DNA of 64,000 nucleotides. Source: Candidatus Microgenomates bacterium. Lineage in GTDB: Bacteria > Patescibacteriota > Microgenomatia > UBA8517 > JACQJR01. Made by a program: the position numbers and the translations under genes. The notes under the pieces were generated by a model. The model saw only the letters and a program-made list of their open reading frames with translations. It searched no databases and was not told where the DNA came from. Numbering within the stretch: the first letter of the stretch is position 1; each line of letters opens with the position of its first letter. The DNA lies in contig JACQJR010000002.1 in the NCBI GenBank assembly GCA_016204995.1, positions 2,557 through 66,556 on the forward strand. Reading direction: 5' to 3'. This document shows positions 39,766-51,361 of the stretch, one piece after another.

Positions 39766-39769
39766 TTTG

Positions 39770-40327
39770 TTACTCCACTTTTAAAAGTTTTTTAACCGGC
39801 TTAATACTTGATGTAATCCCATAATTGCATATTTCCCGACCGCATGCAAGTTGCCATTTTTCAATCTCGGAACTTCTGGCTGGGTCCTGCATCCGTACTA
39901 AATGGGCGAAAATTTGAATATCATAGCCATCTGACAGGTAATAAAAAGAATTGCCCTGTCCTTGGCGGGGATCAAGAGGAATGGGATCAAGGTAGGGCGG
40001 GTAAGTGGGATCGCGCAAATCTACCAGTTTATCAAAACCCCACTCGCACGGCCGAAGATTTTTGGGGTCGCCGCAAGCTAAAATTTTACCATCCTGACTT
40101 CGGGGAAACTTATTAAAATCTTTCTGATATTTTTCCAAAGCATGGACGACGGCACTGGCATTAGCTTTTCTTTGTTCATCTTGAGATTTAACCTTAGAAT
40201 CCTGGAAGTTAAACAAAGCCACCAGTAAAATGGCTATGATAATTCCACAAACTCCCAGAAACTCCGGCAAAGTCATGCCGGAATTAATTGAAAATTGAGA
40301 ATTGAAAATTGAAAATTTATTCACCAA
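39770..40327 (-). CDS. Type IV pilin-like protein
   Basis: GMTLPEFL, D.QRK, P.DP. Confidence 0.8.
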   Translation of the reverse strand: MVNKFSIFNSQFSINSGMTLPEFLGVCGIIIAILLVALFNFQDSKVKSQDEQRKANASAVVHALEKYQKDFNKFPRSQDGKILACGDPKNLRPCEWGFDKLVDLRDPTYPPYLDPIPLDPRQGQGNSFYYLSDGYDIQIFAHLVRMQDPARSSEIEKWQLACGREICNYGITSSIKPVKKLLKVE

Positions 40328-40331
40328 TTCA

Positions 40332-41081
40332 TTATAGTCCTACTAACTTACTAATTTCTCCCCCAAAAAGCATCGTCAAAATCGTCCCGATTATCAAAAA
40401 CGGCCCAAAGGGGATCGGCTTGCCAAAATGGGCGCGCTTTACTGCAACCAGTGCTAATCCCACCATCGCCCCCGAAATAAAAGCTACAAAAAAAGCCAAA
40501 TAAGTATTAACTCCTAAAATTAACCCCATCGCAAAGGCCAACTTGACATCTCCCAAACCCATGCCGCGGCCTAAAGTAACCCAATTAACTAGCAGCAAAA
40601 ATAGAGCGGACATGCTGGCCCAGAAGAAATTAATAGAAATCGCAGAAGGAGCAAATAAAATTAAAAATATTAAGTTAAGAGTTAAAAGTGGAAAAAGCAA
40701 CACGTCCGGAATAATCATTTTTTCTATATCCACTACCGCAATGGCGATTAACAAAGTAGCTGTAAGCAACATTATTCCCAAATACCAACCATCATCCCAA
40801 AATTTTAAACCTATGAGTAAAAATACCACTCCTGTCGTAATCTCCAAAAGGGGATAGCGGAGGGAAATTTTTTTATGACACTGGCGGCATCTACCATGCA
40901 AAATCGCATATGAGAGTAGAGGAATATTGTCATACCAGGAAATTTGCTGATGACATTTAGGACAAGCGCTTCTACGCCATAAGTTTTTCCAGGAAAACTT
41001 CGGTTTTGCTACTTCATAAGTCAACGAAGATAAAAAAGAACCAATGACTAACCCCAGTAGAAAAAAAATCAATCCCGCCAT
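40332..41081 (-). CDS. pilD: Prepilin peptidase
   Basis: GSFL, RS.CPKC, NIPLLSY..L.GRCR.C, GMGLGDVKL, PFGPFL. Confidence 0.95.
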   Translation of the reverse strand: MAGLIFFLLGLVIGSFLSSLTYEVAKPKFSWKNLWRRSACPKCHQQISWYDNIPLLSYAILHGRCRQCHKKISLRYPLLEITTGVVFLLIGLKFWDDGWYLGIMLLTATLLIAIAVVDIEKMIIPDVLLFPLLTLNLIFLILFAPSAISINFFWASMSALFLLLVNWVTLGRGMGLGDVKLAFAMGLILGVNTYLAFFVAFISGAMVGLALVAVKRAHFGKPIPFGPFLIIGTILTMLFGGEISKLVGL

Positions 41082-41096
41082 TAATTCATTGTAGCA

Positions 41097-41624
41097 TTAA
41101 AGCGCGAAGTCTTGCGGACCGGCAACAGGTGGTTGGCAAACTATACCGGATCTATTATCAGCTGACGACCAGACAAAGAAAGTTTGATCAACAGCTGCAG
41201 GCAGGCATCTGGCTCGTTCGGCTTTAGATTCCATTTTGGCATAGACAATCATAAATCTATCAAGCTTAAATCCTTCCCGCGGAACAACACTTTCTCTACT
41301 GCTTTCCGCAAAGCAAAATCCCTGGTCACTGACGGCATCTTGGGCGCACAGTGGCGAATAACCCGGCGAGGATGGATTTTTAACCGGCAAGTCTAATACC
41401 TCTGCCTCCTGTAAAGTCTTGATAAAGCTACCTGCTGGATATACCTTATTTTTTTGGTAAAACTTAGCTAAAGCACCGCCCAGGGCATTAATAGAATCTT
41501 TCCGCTCCGCATCCAACTTCTTTCTATTCTGCTCCGCCGGATCAATCGCCAAGTACGCCGTTATTCCCAAAATAACTACTAACACTATCGCCGCTAACCA
41601 CTCTAATCCTGCTTTCCATCTCAT
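41097..41624 (-). CDS. Pilin-like protein
   Basis: G..LEWL + hydrophobic helix, IDPAEQ; similar to neighbouring 41643-42200. Confidence 0.7.
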   Translation of the reverse strand: MRWKAGLEWLAAIVLVVILGITAYLAIDPAEQNRKKLDAERKDSINALGGALAKFYQKNKVYPAGSFIKTLQEAEVLDLPVKNPSSPGYSPLCAQDAVSDQGFCFAESSRESVVPREGFKLDRFMIVYAKMESKAERARCLPAAVDQTFFVWSSADNRSGIVCQPPVAGPQDFAL

Positions 41625-41642
41625 GCCTACATTATATTACCT

Positions 41643-42200
41643 TTAGGGAATAAATGATAAAGCAAATGGTAACCCTGGCTCTGAACAAGTCACACCAGCT
41701 CTATTTTGGCTAGCTGCCCAAACAAAATATCTAACTCTATTAGCAACAGGTGTACCAGAATCATTACAAAATGTCGTACCCTTACTCTTCTGTGATTTTG
41801 ATTCTAACTTAGCATAAACCACTGCATCGCCGTTACCAGAGCTTGACATATTGTAACAAAAGTTGTTTTGGTTAAAACCCACAGTACAACCAGCATCGCC
41901 GCTGGAATAAGATTGGTTAGTTGGACCTGTCTTAAGTTCTCCTGCATTAATTAGGGTGGTAATCCAAGTAGTATCTGCTGTCGGATAGGCACTTTGATTT
42001 ACATAATAAGCTGCTGTAGCTTTTCCTAAATCACTAATACTGGTAACCCTAGAACTATCGCGAGTACGAGCCAGCTGTTCAGCTGGATCAAGAGCCACCA
42101 ATACCGCTGCCGTTAACACACCCAATACCGCAATCACAATCAAAAGTTCAATTAAGGTAAAACCTCGCTTAATTTTCAATTGTAAATTATCAATTCTCAA
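41643..42200 (-). CDS. Probable major type IV pilin
   Basis: RGFTLIELLIVIAVLGVL, strong AGGAGGTG RBS. Confidence 0.88.
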   Translation of the reverse strand: MRIDNLQLKIKRGFTLIELLIVIAVLGVLTAAVLVALDPAEQLARTRDSSRVTSISDLGKATAAYYVNQSAYPTADTTWITTLINAGELKTGPTNQSYSSGDAGCTVGFNQNNFCYNMSSSGNGDAVVYAKLESKSQKSKGTTFCNDSGTPVANRVRYFVWAASQNRAGVTCSEPGLPFALSFIP

Positions 42201-42245
42201 TTATCTGTTCACCTCCTTTTGTTATCTAATTTCATCATGACTTAT

Positions 42246-43448
42246 TTAAAATTGGCTTGTCAAGTTGTAAATGGGCAAAATAATGGCAATCACGAGAATT
42301 CCTACTCCTAAACCTAACACTACCATCACGATGGGCTCAATAGCCGAGGTTAGCGCTTTCACCTGCTGTTCTGAATCCTGTTCGTAAATATGGGAAGTTT
42401 TTTCCAGAATTTCATTTAATTTACCTGTTTCTTCGCCCACGGCGATCATTCTGGTCATCATCGGCGGAAAAGCCTGCGGCTGCTGGCCTAAAGCCCAAGC
42501 TAAAGGAAATCCTTTTTCCACGTCACGGGTGGCCGTTCTAACGCCGGAAGCTAAAATTTCATTACCAACAATTCGCGACACCACCCCCAGCGATTCTAAA
42601 ATAGAGACGCCCGCTCCCACCAGTAGCCCTAAAGTCCGGGTAAATTCCGTCAGCATAATCTGCCGATTCAACGGCCCCATAATAGGAACTTTGAGCATAA
42701 AACCATCCCAGGCTCGTTTGCCCACCGGAGTTTTGCGAAACATCCCCAAACCCCAAATCAGAATAATTATCGCCATCGCCATCAAATACCAAAATTTGGT
42801 CATAAAATGCGACACATTGATTAAAGCGACAGTCACTCCCGGCAGTTTGGCATTAAACTCCTCATAAATTTTAGCCAGCTTGGGCACCACAAAAACCATC
42901 ATCACTGTCACCACCGCCGCCATACCGATAATCACAATCATAGGATAGATGAGGGCGCCTTTCACTTTAGACCGAAACTCCCGCTCTTTTTCCAAATTAT
43001 CAGCCAGCCGGGCCAAAACGGTATCCAAAAGACCGCCGGTTTCCGCCGCCCGCACCAGAGCAATGTAAACTGGCGAAAAAACTTGGGGGTGCTTTTCCAA
43101 GGCCGCCGCCAGCGACGAACCTCCCTCAATATCCATTAAGAGATTGCCGGCAATTTGCGACATGTGTCCGGCCGATTGAGTCCGCAAAATTGATAAAGAC
43201 TCGGTGATAGTGACGCCGGCTGAAATCATGGTGGAAAACTGGCGGGTGAAAGTAGCTACTTCCGAGAGATTGACTTTGCCGCGGAAATTTTTAAGGCCTT
43301 CTAACAGATTTAATCCCGATTCAATTTTGATGACAATTAAACCCTTTTCTCGCAAGACCCGGGCGGCAGCCTCGGCACTGGCAGCTTCCACTTTGCCGAC
43401 CATTTTCTTGCCTTCGGGGTTTCTAGCTTGATAATTAAATTGGCGCAT
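42246..43448 (-). CDS. pilC: Type IV pilus platform protein PilC (GspF family)
   Basis: FTRQF.TM..AG, AAETGG.LD, AL.YP, VGEETGKL, EP. Confidence 0.95.
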   Translation of the reverse strand: MRQFNYQARNPEGKKMVGKVEAASAEAAARVLREKGLIVIKIESGLNLLEGLKNFRGKVNLSEVATFTRQFSTMISAGVTITESLSILRTQSAGHMSQIAGNLLMDIEGGSSLAAALEKHPQVFSPVYIALVRAAETGGLLDTVLARLADNLEKEREFRSKVKGALIYPMIVIIGMAAVVTVMMVFVVPKLAKIYEEFNAKLPGVTVALINVSHFMTKFWYLMAMAIIILIWGLGMFRKTPVGKRAWDGFMLKVPIMGPLNRQIMLTEFTRTLGLLVGAGVSILESLGVVSRIVGNEILASGVRTATRDVEKGFPLAWALGQQPQAFPPMMTRMIAVGEETGKLNEILEKTSHIYEQDSEQQVKALTSAIEPIVMVVLGLGVGILVIAIILPIYNLTSQF

Positions 43449-43453
43449 AAGTT

Positions 43454-44512
43454 TTAAGCCTTGATTAATCTGGTTAAATCTTCGCTGTGGAGCGAGTAAC
43501 TTTGGGCAATTTCCAGAGTGATTTTACCTTCCTTGACCAATTTGGCCAAAGTTGTTTCCAGGCTAATCATGCCGACTTCGCCGGAAGTCTGAATAATAGA
43601 ATCTATCTGATGGGTCTTGCCTTCGCGGACCACCGTCTGAATGGCTGGCGTCCCCAACATCACCTCATAAGCCAGCACCCGTCGGCCATCAATACCCGGC
43701 AGTAAACGTTGGGAAAAAACCCCTTCCAAAACCGAAGACAGCTGTAATTTAATCTGCTCCTGCTGTTCGCGCGGGAAAACATCCACGATCCGATCAATGG
43801 TCTGGGCGGCAGAATTAGTGTGAAGAGTCGCAAAAACTAGATGCCCGGTTTCAGCGATGGTCAAAGCCGAGGAGATAGTCTCCAAGTCCCGCATCTCGCC
43901 CACTAAAACCACGTTAGGATCTTCCCGCAAAACCGATCGTAGAGAAATTCCCCAAGAATGGGTATCCAAAGTCATCTCCCGTTGGGTGATAATTGATTTT
44001 TCCGGCTTAAAAATGAATTCAATAGGGTCTTCAATGGTCACAATATGCTCGGCCCGCTCCTTGTTAATTTCGTTTAAAATGGCAGCCAGAGTGGTAGATT
44101 TGCCATGTCCGGTCGGGCCGGTGACTAGAACAAAACCTTGACGTAAAGTGGCAAAGTTATGACAGATAGAAGGCAAGCCCAGACTATCAATATCGGGAAT
44201 AATGAGAGGCAGGCGGCGAAAAGAAGCGGCCGGCGTGCCGCGTTGAAAATAAGCATTCACCCGGAAGCGAGCCTTTTCCGAAAAAGACAGCGAAAAATCC
44301 AGTTCTTTGTTGACAAAAAAACGCTCGGCCTGTTCGGCGGCCATCACCTGCCGCAGATTTTTTTCTATCTCTTCGGCTGTGATAGGGGACTCGTTCTGAA
44401 CCGGATAAAGCACCCCTTCCACTCGTAAAGTCGGGGGCAAACCCACAATTAAATGAAGGTCTGAAGCGTTACGATCAACTGTTAATTGCAATAATTGTTT
44501 TATCTCCATCAT
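43454..44512 (-). CDS. pilT: Pilus retraction ATPase PilT
   Basis: ASDLHL, GPTGHGKSTT, LREDP.V.LVGEMRD, AETGHLV. Confidence 0.96.
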   Translation of the reverse strand: MMEIKQLLQLTVDRNASDLHLIVGLPPTLRVEGVLYPVQNESPITAEEIEKNLRQVMAAEQAERFFVNKELDFSLSFSEKARFRVNAYFQRGTPAASFRRLPLIIPDIDSLGLPSICHNFATLRQGFVLVTGPTGHGKSTTLAAILNEINKERAEHIVTIEDPIEFIFKPEKSIITQREMTLDTHSWGISLRSVLREDPNVVLVGEMRDLETISSALTIAETGHLVFATLHTNSAAQTIDRIVDVFPREQQEQIKLQLSSVLEGVFSQRLLPGIDGRRVLAYEVMLGTPAIQTVVREGKTHQIDSIIQTSGEVGMISLETTLAKLVKEGKITLEIAQSYSLHSEDLTRLIKA

Positions 44513-46245
44513 TCTTCTGCTACCCGCAGAACTTCTTCAATCGTCGTTATTCCTTCCACTGCCTTTAAGTATCCATCTTGCTTCATGGTCACCATACCTT
44601 CTTCAATGGCCTGTTTTTGAATTTCCGAAGCAGGCGAGCGCTCCAGAATCAACCGACCGACTTTTTCCGAGACCGGTATTACTTCAAACAATCCCACCCT
44701 GCCAAAATAACCGGTCATGTTACATTCGCTATCTCCTTTGCCGCGAAACAACTCCACCTTTTTATCCGCGGGCAAAAGTTTTCCTAACACTTTTTGAATA
44801 TCGGCCGCAATTGGTTTATCCGGCTCAAACGACTCTTTACAAACTGTGTGAATTTTACGAACCACCCGTTGGGCAAGTATTGCCGTAATGGAAGAAGCCA
44901 GAAGGAATGGCTCGGCACCCATATCTAATAGACGAGGCAGGGCACCGGAGGCGTCATTGGTATGCAATGTCGCAAAAACCAAGTGGCCGGTCAGTGATGC
45001 TTGGATAGCCAGATCGGCCGTTTCGTGATCGCGAATTTCTCCCACCATAATGATATTGGGATCCTGACGCAAAAAAGAGCGTAAACCAGAAGCAAAAGTA
45101 AGTCCTGCGTCCGGATTAACCTGGACTTGATTAATACCGGTAATTTGGTATTCCACCGGATCTTCCAGGGTAACAATATTAACTTTGGGGGTGTTAATCC
45201 TGTTTAAAACTGAATAAAGAGTGGTGGTTTTACCCGAGCCGGTCGGACCGCAGACCAAAATAATGCCGTGCGGTCGCAAAATGGCATCCTCCAGATTTTT
45301 TAAAGCTCGGCCGCGCACTCCCAATTCCGGCAAATCCGGCACCCCGCCGGTTTTTTTCAGAAGTCTCATGACCACTTTTTCCCCATGCACCGTCGGCAGG
45401 GTGGAAATCCGCAAATCCACCTCTTCGGCGCCGGTCTTAAAACTCATCCGGCCGTCCTGCGGCGCCCTTTTTTCATCAATCTTCATACCGGAAAGAATTT
45501 TGATGCGGGATACCAGCGAATCATGCACCTCCCGTGGCAAAGTCAGTTTTTCATGCAGAATTCCGTCAATCCGATAACGAACACGGGTTCTTTTTTCTTC
45601 CGATTCAATATGAATATCCGAAGCTCGCGACTTAACAGCAAATTCCAAAAGGTTGGTGACAATTTTAGCGATTGGCTCTTCCCGAATCACTTGCCCCAAA
45701 GCCCGGACATCGTAAGAACCACTACTTTGAGGCGCCGCCTCTTTGACCGCCTGGCTGACTTCGGTTGAGAGACTACTAGAGTAGCGCTCATTGATTGCTT
45801 TTGTAAGCTGTGAAGGGGCGACGGCCACGACTTTAACTTTATAGCCGGTCCGCTGCTCCGCAAATTCCACGGCCGGCACATCCAAGGGATTGGCCATGGC
45901 CAAAGTCAGTTCACGCCTGGCCTCATCTATTGACACCGGCAAGACCAAAAAACGGCTGGCTACTGCCTGGGGCACTAAAGCCAAAACTTGAGGGTTAGTG
46001 GGAATGTCGGAAATCTCCAGATATGGAATATTGTAAAGAGCGGCTTTAGCTCGGGTAATGGCTGCCTCGCTGGCTAAAGAACGTTGGCTTAAAATTTCTT
46101 CGGGGTTTTGCCCGGTCTGGACTACGGCCAGCTTGACTGCTTCGGCGGCCTTAATATCAAGATCTTTATTGGCCACTAAAATATCGATTAAATTCGGCCC
46201 CGATCCAACCGTGGTCGGCGCAGTGGCAGAGGCAGTGTTGGGCAT
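44509..46245 (-). CDS. pilB: Pilus assembly ATPase PilB (GspE family)
   Basis: ASDIHIE, PQDGR, GPTGSGKTTT, LRQDP.IIMVGEIRD. Confidence 0.95.
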   Translation of the reverse strand: MPNTASATAPTTVGSGPNLIDILVANKDLDIKAAEAVKLAVVQTGQNPEEILSQRSLASEAAITRAKAALYNIPYLEISDIPTNPQVLALVPQAVASRFLVLPVSIDEARRELTLAMANPLDVPAVEFAEQRTGYKVKVVAVAPSQLTKAINERYSSSLSTEVSQAVKEAAPQSSGSYDVRALGQVIREEPIAKIVTNLLEFAVKSRASDIHIESEEKRTRVRYRIDGILHEKLTLPREVHDSLVSRIKILSGMKIDEKRAPQDGRMSFKTGAEEVDLRISTLPTVHGEKVVMRLLKKTGGVPDLPELGVRGRALKNLEDAILRPHGIILVCGPTGSGKTTTLYSVLNRINTPKVNIVTLEDPVEYQITGINQVQVNPDAGLTFASGLRSFLRQDPNIIMVGEIRDHETADLAIQASLTGHLVFATLHTNDASGALPRLLDMGAEPFLLASSITAILAQRVVRKIHTVCKESFEPDKPIAADIQKVLGKLLPADKKVELFRGKGDSECNMTGYFGRVGLFEVIPVSEKVGRLILERSPASEIQKQAIEEGMVTMKQDGYLKAVEGITTIEEVLRVAEE

Positions 46246-46288
46246 AGTTCCATTATGTCGTAATTCTTGTTAAAATGTCAATAAAAAC

Positions 46289-46373
46289 ATCTCAAATCTT
46301 AGATCTCAAAACTCAAAACCAAAACGAAAAGATTTAAGATATGGATTTGACATTTGAGATTTACGTTTTGAGT
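46289..46373. repeat. Heptamer-built inverted repeat element in the divergent pilB/holB gap
   Basis: Left ATCTCAA ATCTTAG ATCTCAA AACTCAA; right arm reverse-complements to AACTCAA AACGTAA ATCTCAA ATGTCAA. Confidence 0.7.
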
Positions 46374-46381
46374 TAATTACA

Positions 46382-47029
46382 ATGCACGCTTATTTAGTAA
46401 CCGGCAACAACTCTGGCTTAATTAATAAGGAAATTGACGAACTGTTGCGAATTCATCAGGTGGCGCTTACTTATTTACAAACTCTCACCAGCGAAACCAA
46501 TTATGGTATTCGCGAAATTCGCGATATTAATAAATCTCTGGCCATTCAACTGACCAAAAAGGGGGAATTTAGGGCTTTAGTTATTCGCGATGCCCAGTTA
46601 ATGACTACCGAGGCCCAAAATGCCTTTTTGAAAACTCTGGAAGAACCGCCCAGCGACACTATTATTATATTAACAGCCTCGCAAGGCGAGGCCTTGCTGG
46701 AAACTATTGTTTCCCGGTGTCTGGTGATTAATACCATATCACAGTCACCAGACATTAATTTGGCAGAACAAGCAAAAATTTATGAAGAATTGGCTAAGTC
46801 TGATATGGGAGAAAGGGTCAGGATGGCCGAAACTATCGGTAAAAATAGGGAAGAAGCCTTGCAATTTGTAGAGGCGCAACTATCTTTCTTACATCACATG
46901 CTCCACGAGGATACCCTTCAGGCGAACACGAGACCACACCTGTTTCAACAGCTTCTCCAATCCCAGCAAGATTTAACCCATAACGTTAATCCCAAAATGG
47001 TCCTCTTTGAACTGTTTCGCGCGTATTGA
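46382..47029 (+). CDS. holB: DNA polymerase III delta' subunit-like
   Basis: MHAYL, A..MT.EAQNAFLKTLEEPP, LL.TI.SRC. Confidence 0.82.
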   Translation: MHAYLVTGNNSGLINKEIDELLRIHQVALTYLQTLTSETNYGIREIRDINKSLAIQLTKKGEFRALVIRDAQLMTTEAQNAFLKTLEEPPSDTIIILTASQGEALLETIVSRCLVINTISQSPDINLAEQAKIYEELAKSDMGERVRMAETIGKNREEALQFVEAQLSFLHHMLHEDTLQANTRPHLFQQLLQSQQDLTHNVNPKMVLFELFRAY

Positions 47030-47065
47030 CCCTTGTAATTTGAGCGTGATTTTTGTATAATTTAA

Positions 47066-49060
<1,995 letters not shown>

Positions 49061-49076
49061 ATTTCGCAAGCGCAAT

Positions 49077-49095
49077 CCTGAGCGTAGCCGAAGGG
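49077..49095 (-). repeat. REP-like unit (CCCTTCG..GCTCAGG family)
   Basis: Reverse complement CCCTTCGGCTACGCTCAGG matches 5477-5495 at 15/19; related unit at 1895-1913. Confidence 0.65.
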
Positions 49096-49139
49096 CGAAG
49101 ATGGCTAATTTGGATATTTAGATATATAATTAAAAGGCT

Positions 49140-49766
49140 ATGGAAGATCCAGTAGAAATATCAAAAGAGAGGGAACCTGAACAGACCAAGATACACTTGA
49201 ACGAAAAATTCAATCCCTTTCAGATGGAGATAATTCCTTATAAGAAAGAATCACACTATATAGGCCATGGACTTCCAATAGATCTATATTACTGGGAGAG
49301 ACAGGAAGCTGAAAAAGTCTACCCATCAAAAGAAGTAAATTTTACTTTAAGTATTAATGGTTTGCCTGATTTACATTTAAAAGCAGCTGTAACGGTAAGA
49401 CCAGATATCGAAGATAAACCAGATAATCCACTTAATTTTTTTGTAGAAGGCAAAGCCAACAATTTACATGATAAAGAATTAGTGGAACGTGCTCATGAAA
49501 AAACAGCAATGCTGCATGTACCTGCTTTTTATAAATTTAAACCTGAAGTCTTACCTATAATGGAACGCTTACGTTGTAAGGCTACTTTTCCTGATGGCAC
49601 TACTAATGAATTACCATATAGTAAAAGTGGTTTATATAGTGAAGGTATATTGTCATTCAGTTTATTTTCTCTTTCCCTGGAAGAAGGAAAAGATGAAATT
49701 ATTAAGGGAATTCAATTAGAGTTTTCTATAGCTCCAGAAGAGCCATCTTCTACTCCAAATCAGTAA
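49140..49766 (+). CDS. Hypothetical protein
   Basis: 208-aa ORF with TATAAT just upstream. Confidence 0.65.
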   Translation: MEDPVEISKEREPEQTKIHLNEKFNPFQMEIIPYKKESHYIGHGLPIDLYYWERQEAEKVYPSKEVNFTLSINGLPDLHLKAAVTVRPDIEDKPDNPLNFFVEGKANNLHDKELVERAHEKTAMLHVPAFYKFKPEVLPIMERLRCKATFPDGTTNELPYSKSGLYSEGILSFSLFSLSLEEGKDEIIKGIQLEFSIAPEEPSSTPNQ

Positions 49767-49807
49767 CTGATTAGAAAAATTCATATTAAAGTAGTATCAT
49801 ACCTCTC

Positions 49808-50572
49808 ATGGCGACAGATTTATACGAAAACAAAGCTAGTTCTGCTATTAGCTTGGAAAATATCTATAAAAAATTTGGCACAGTCCAAGCTTTAAATGGA
49901 GTTAATTTAACTGTTGAAAGAGGAACAGTTTTGGCTCTGTTAGGTCCTAATGGCGCTGGCAAAACCACTTTAATCCGCATCTTAACCACCTTACTAGAGG
50001 CAAGTAGCGGTGTAGCAAGAGTTGCTGGCTACGATGTCAGCAGGGAAACTAATAAAGTCCGGCAAATTATCGGTTTAACCGGCCAATACGCGGCCATTGA
50101 TGAAAATTTAACTGGTTTGGAAAATTTGGAATTGGTAGGCCACCTCTATCATTTAAACAAAACAGAAATTAATCAAAAAGCTAAGGATTTATTACAAAAA
50201 TTTGATTTGATAGAAGCTGCTAACCGACTGGCTAAAACTTATTCCGGAGGCATGCGGCGTCGGTTGGATTTGGCAGCCAGTTTAATTGGCAAACCGCAGA
50301 TTTTATTTTTGGACGAACCGACTACTGGCCTAGACCCGAAAGCCAGGCGGGAAATGTGGCAAACAATTAAAAATTTAGTGCAAGAGGGGATTACCATTCT
50401 TTTAACCACTCAATATATGGAAGAGGCCGAATATTTGGCAGATCATATCGCCATTATTAACCATGGCCAAATTATTGAACAAGGCACCTCTCGCGAGCTG
50501 AAGGCCAAACTAGGGTATTCTACACTAGACGAAGTCTTTTTAACTTTAACCGAACATGAACGCCCTTTCTGA
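49808..50572 (+). CDS. ABC exporter ATP-binding protein (DrrA-like)
   Basis: GPNGAGKTT, YSGGMRRRL, LDEPTTGLDP. Confidence 0.93.
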   Translation: MATDLYENKASSAISLENIYKKFGTVQALNGVNLTVERGTVLALLGPNGAGKTTLIRILTTLLEASSGVARVAGYDVSRETNKVRQIIGLTGQYAAIDENLTGLENLELVGHLYHLNKTEINQKAKDLLQKFDLIEAANRLAKTYSGGMRRRLDLAASLIGKPQILFLDEPTTGLDPKARREMWQTIKNLVQEGITILLTTQYMEEAEYLADHIAIINHGQIIEQGTSRELKAKLGYSTLDEVFLTLTEHERPF

Positions 50573-51311
50573 TATTTTAGTTTTAACGGAACGGAATTTG
50601 TTGCGCTACGCCCGAATTCCGCAGCTGTTGATTTTTTCCACCATCCAGCCGATTATGTTTGTGTTATTGTTTGCTTATGTTTTTGGGGGGGCCATCCGTA
50701 CTCCTGGCGGCAGTTATATTAATTATTTAATTCCCGGCATTATTGTCCAAAGCGTTATCTTTGGATCTATTCAAACGGGTATTGGTTTAGCTGATGATTT
50801 ATCACACGGTTTAATTGACCGTTTTCGCTCTTTGCCCATTACTCGCGTTGCAGTTTTAGCCGCCAGAACCTTAGCCGACACTTTCCGTAATATTTTTGTA
50901 GTGCTTTTGATGACTGGTGTAGGTATGATAATTGGTTTTCAACCCGAAGGAAGTATCTTAAATCTTTTGCTGGCTTTTATTCTCACTATTTTGTTTGGTT
51001 TTGCCTTTTCCTGGATTTCCGCTACCATCGGCTTGGTAATCCGCGAGGTGGAAACCGTCCAAGTAGCCGGATTTATCTGGATGTTCCCCCTGGTTTTTGC
51101 CAGTTCCATTTTCGTACCGATTGAGACCATGCCTGAATGGCTCGCGGCATTTGCCAAAGTCAACCCGATTACCGTGACGGTCAATGCTGTGAGAGCGCTG
51201 GTTTTGGGTGGCAAGGTGGAAAATAATATCAGCTACTCCCTGATTTGGACAGTAGTTATTTTGGCTATCTTTATTCCTCTGGCTGTTATCATCTATCGCC
51301 GCCGGACTTAA
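50556..51311 (+). CDS. ABC-2 exporter permease (DrrB-like)
   Basis: Six TM segments, DRFRSLP, MP.WL..FA..NP. Confidence 0.92.
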   Translation: MNALSDILVLTERNLLRYARIPQLLIFSTIQPIMFVLLFAYVFGGAIRTPGGSYINYLIPGIIVQSVIFGSIQTGIGLADDLSHGLIDRFRSLPITRVAVLAARTLADTFRNIFVVLLMTGVGMIIGFQPEGSILNLLLAFILTILFGFAFSWISATIGLVIREVETVQVAGFIWMFPLVFASSIFVPIETMPEWLAAFAKVNPITVTVNAVRALVLGGKVENNISYSLIWTVVILAIFIPLAVIIYRRRT

Positions 51312-51361
51312 AACCACTTTCCTCTTTACAGCCTCAATCGTTATCTTGTATAATTTTTATA

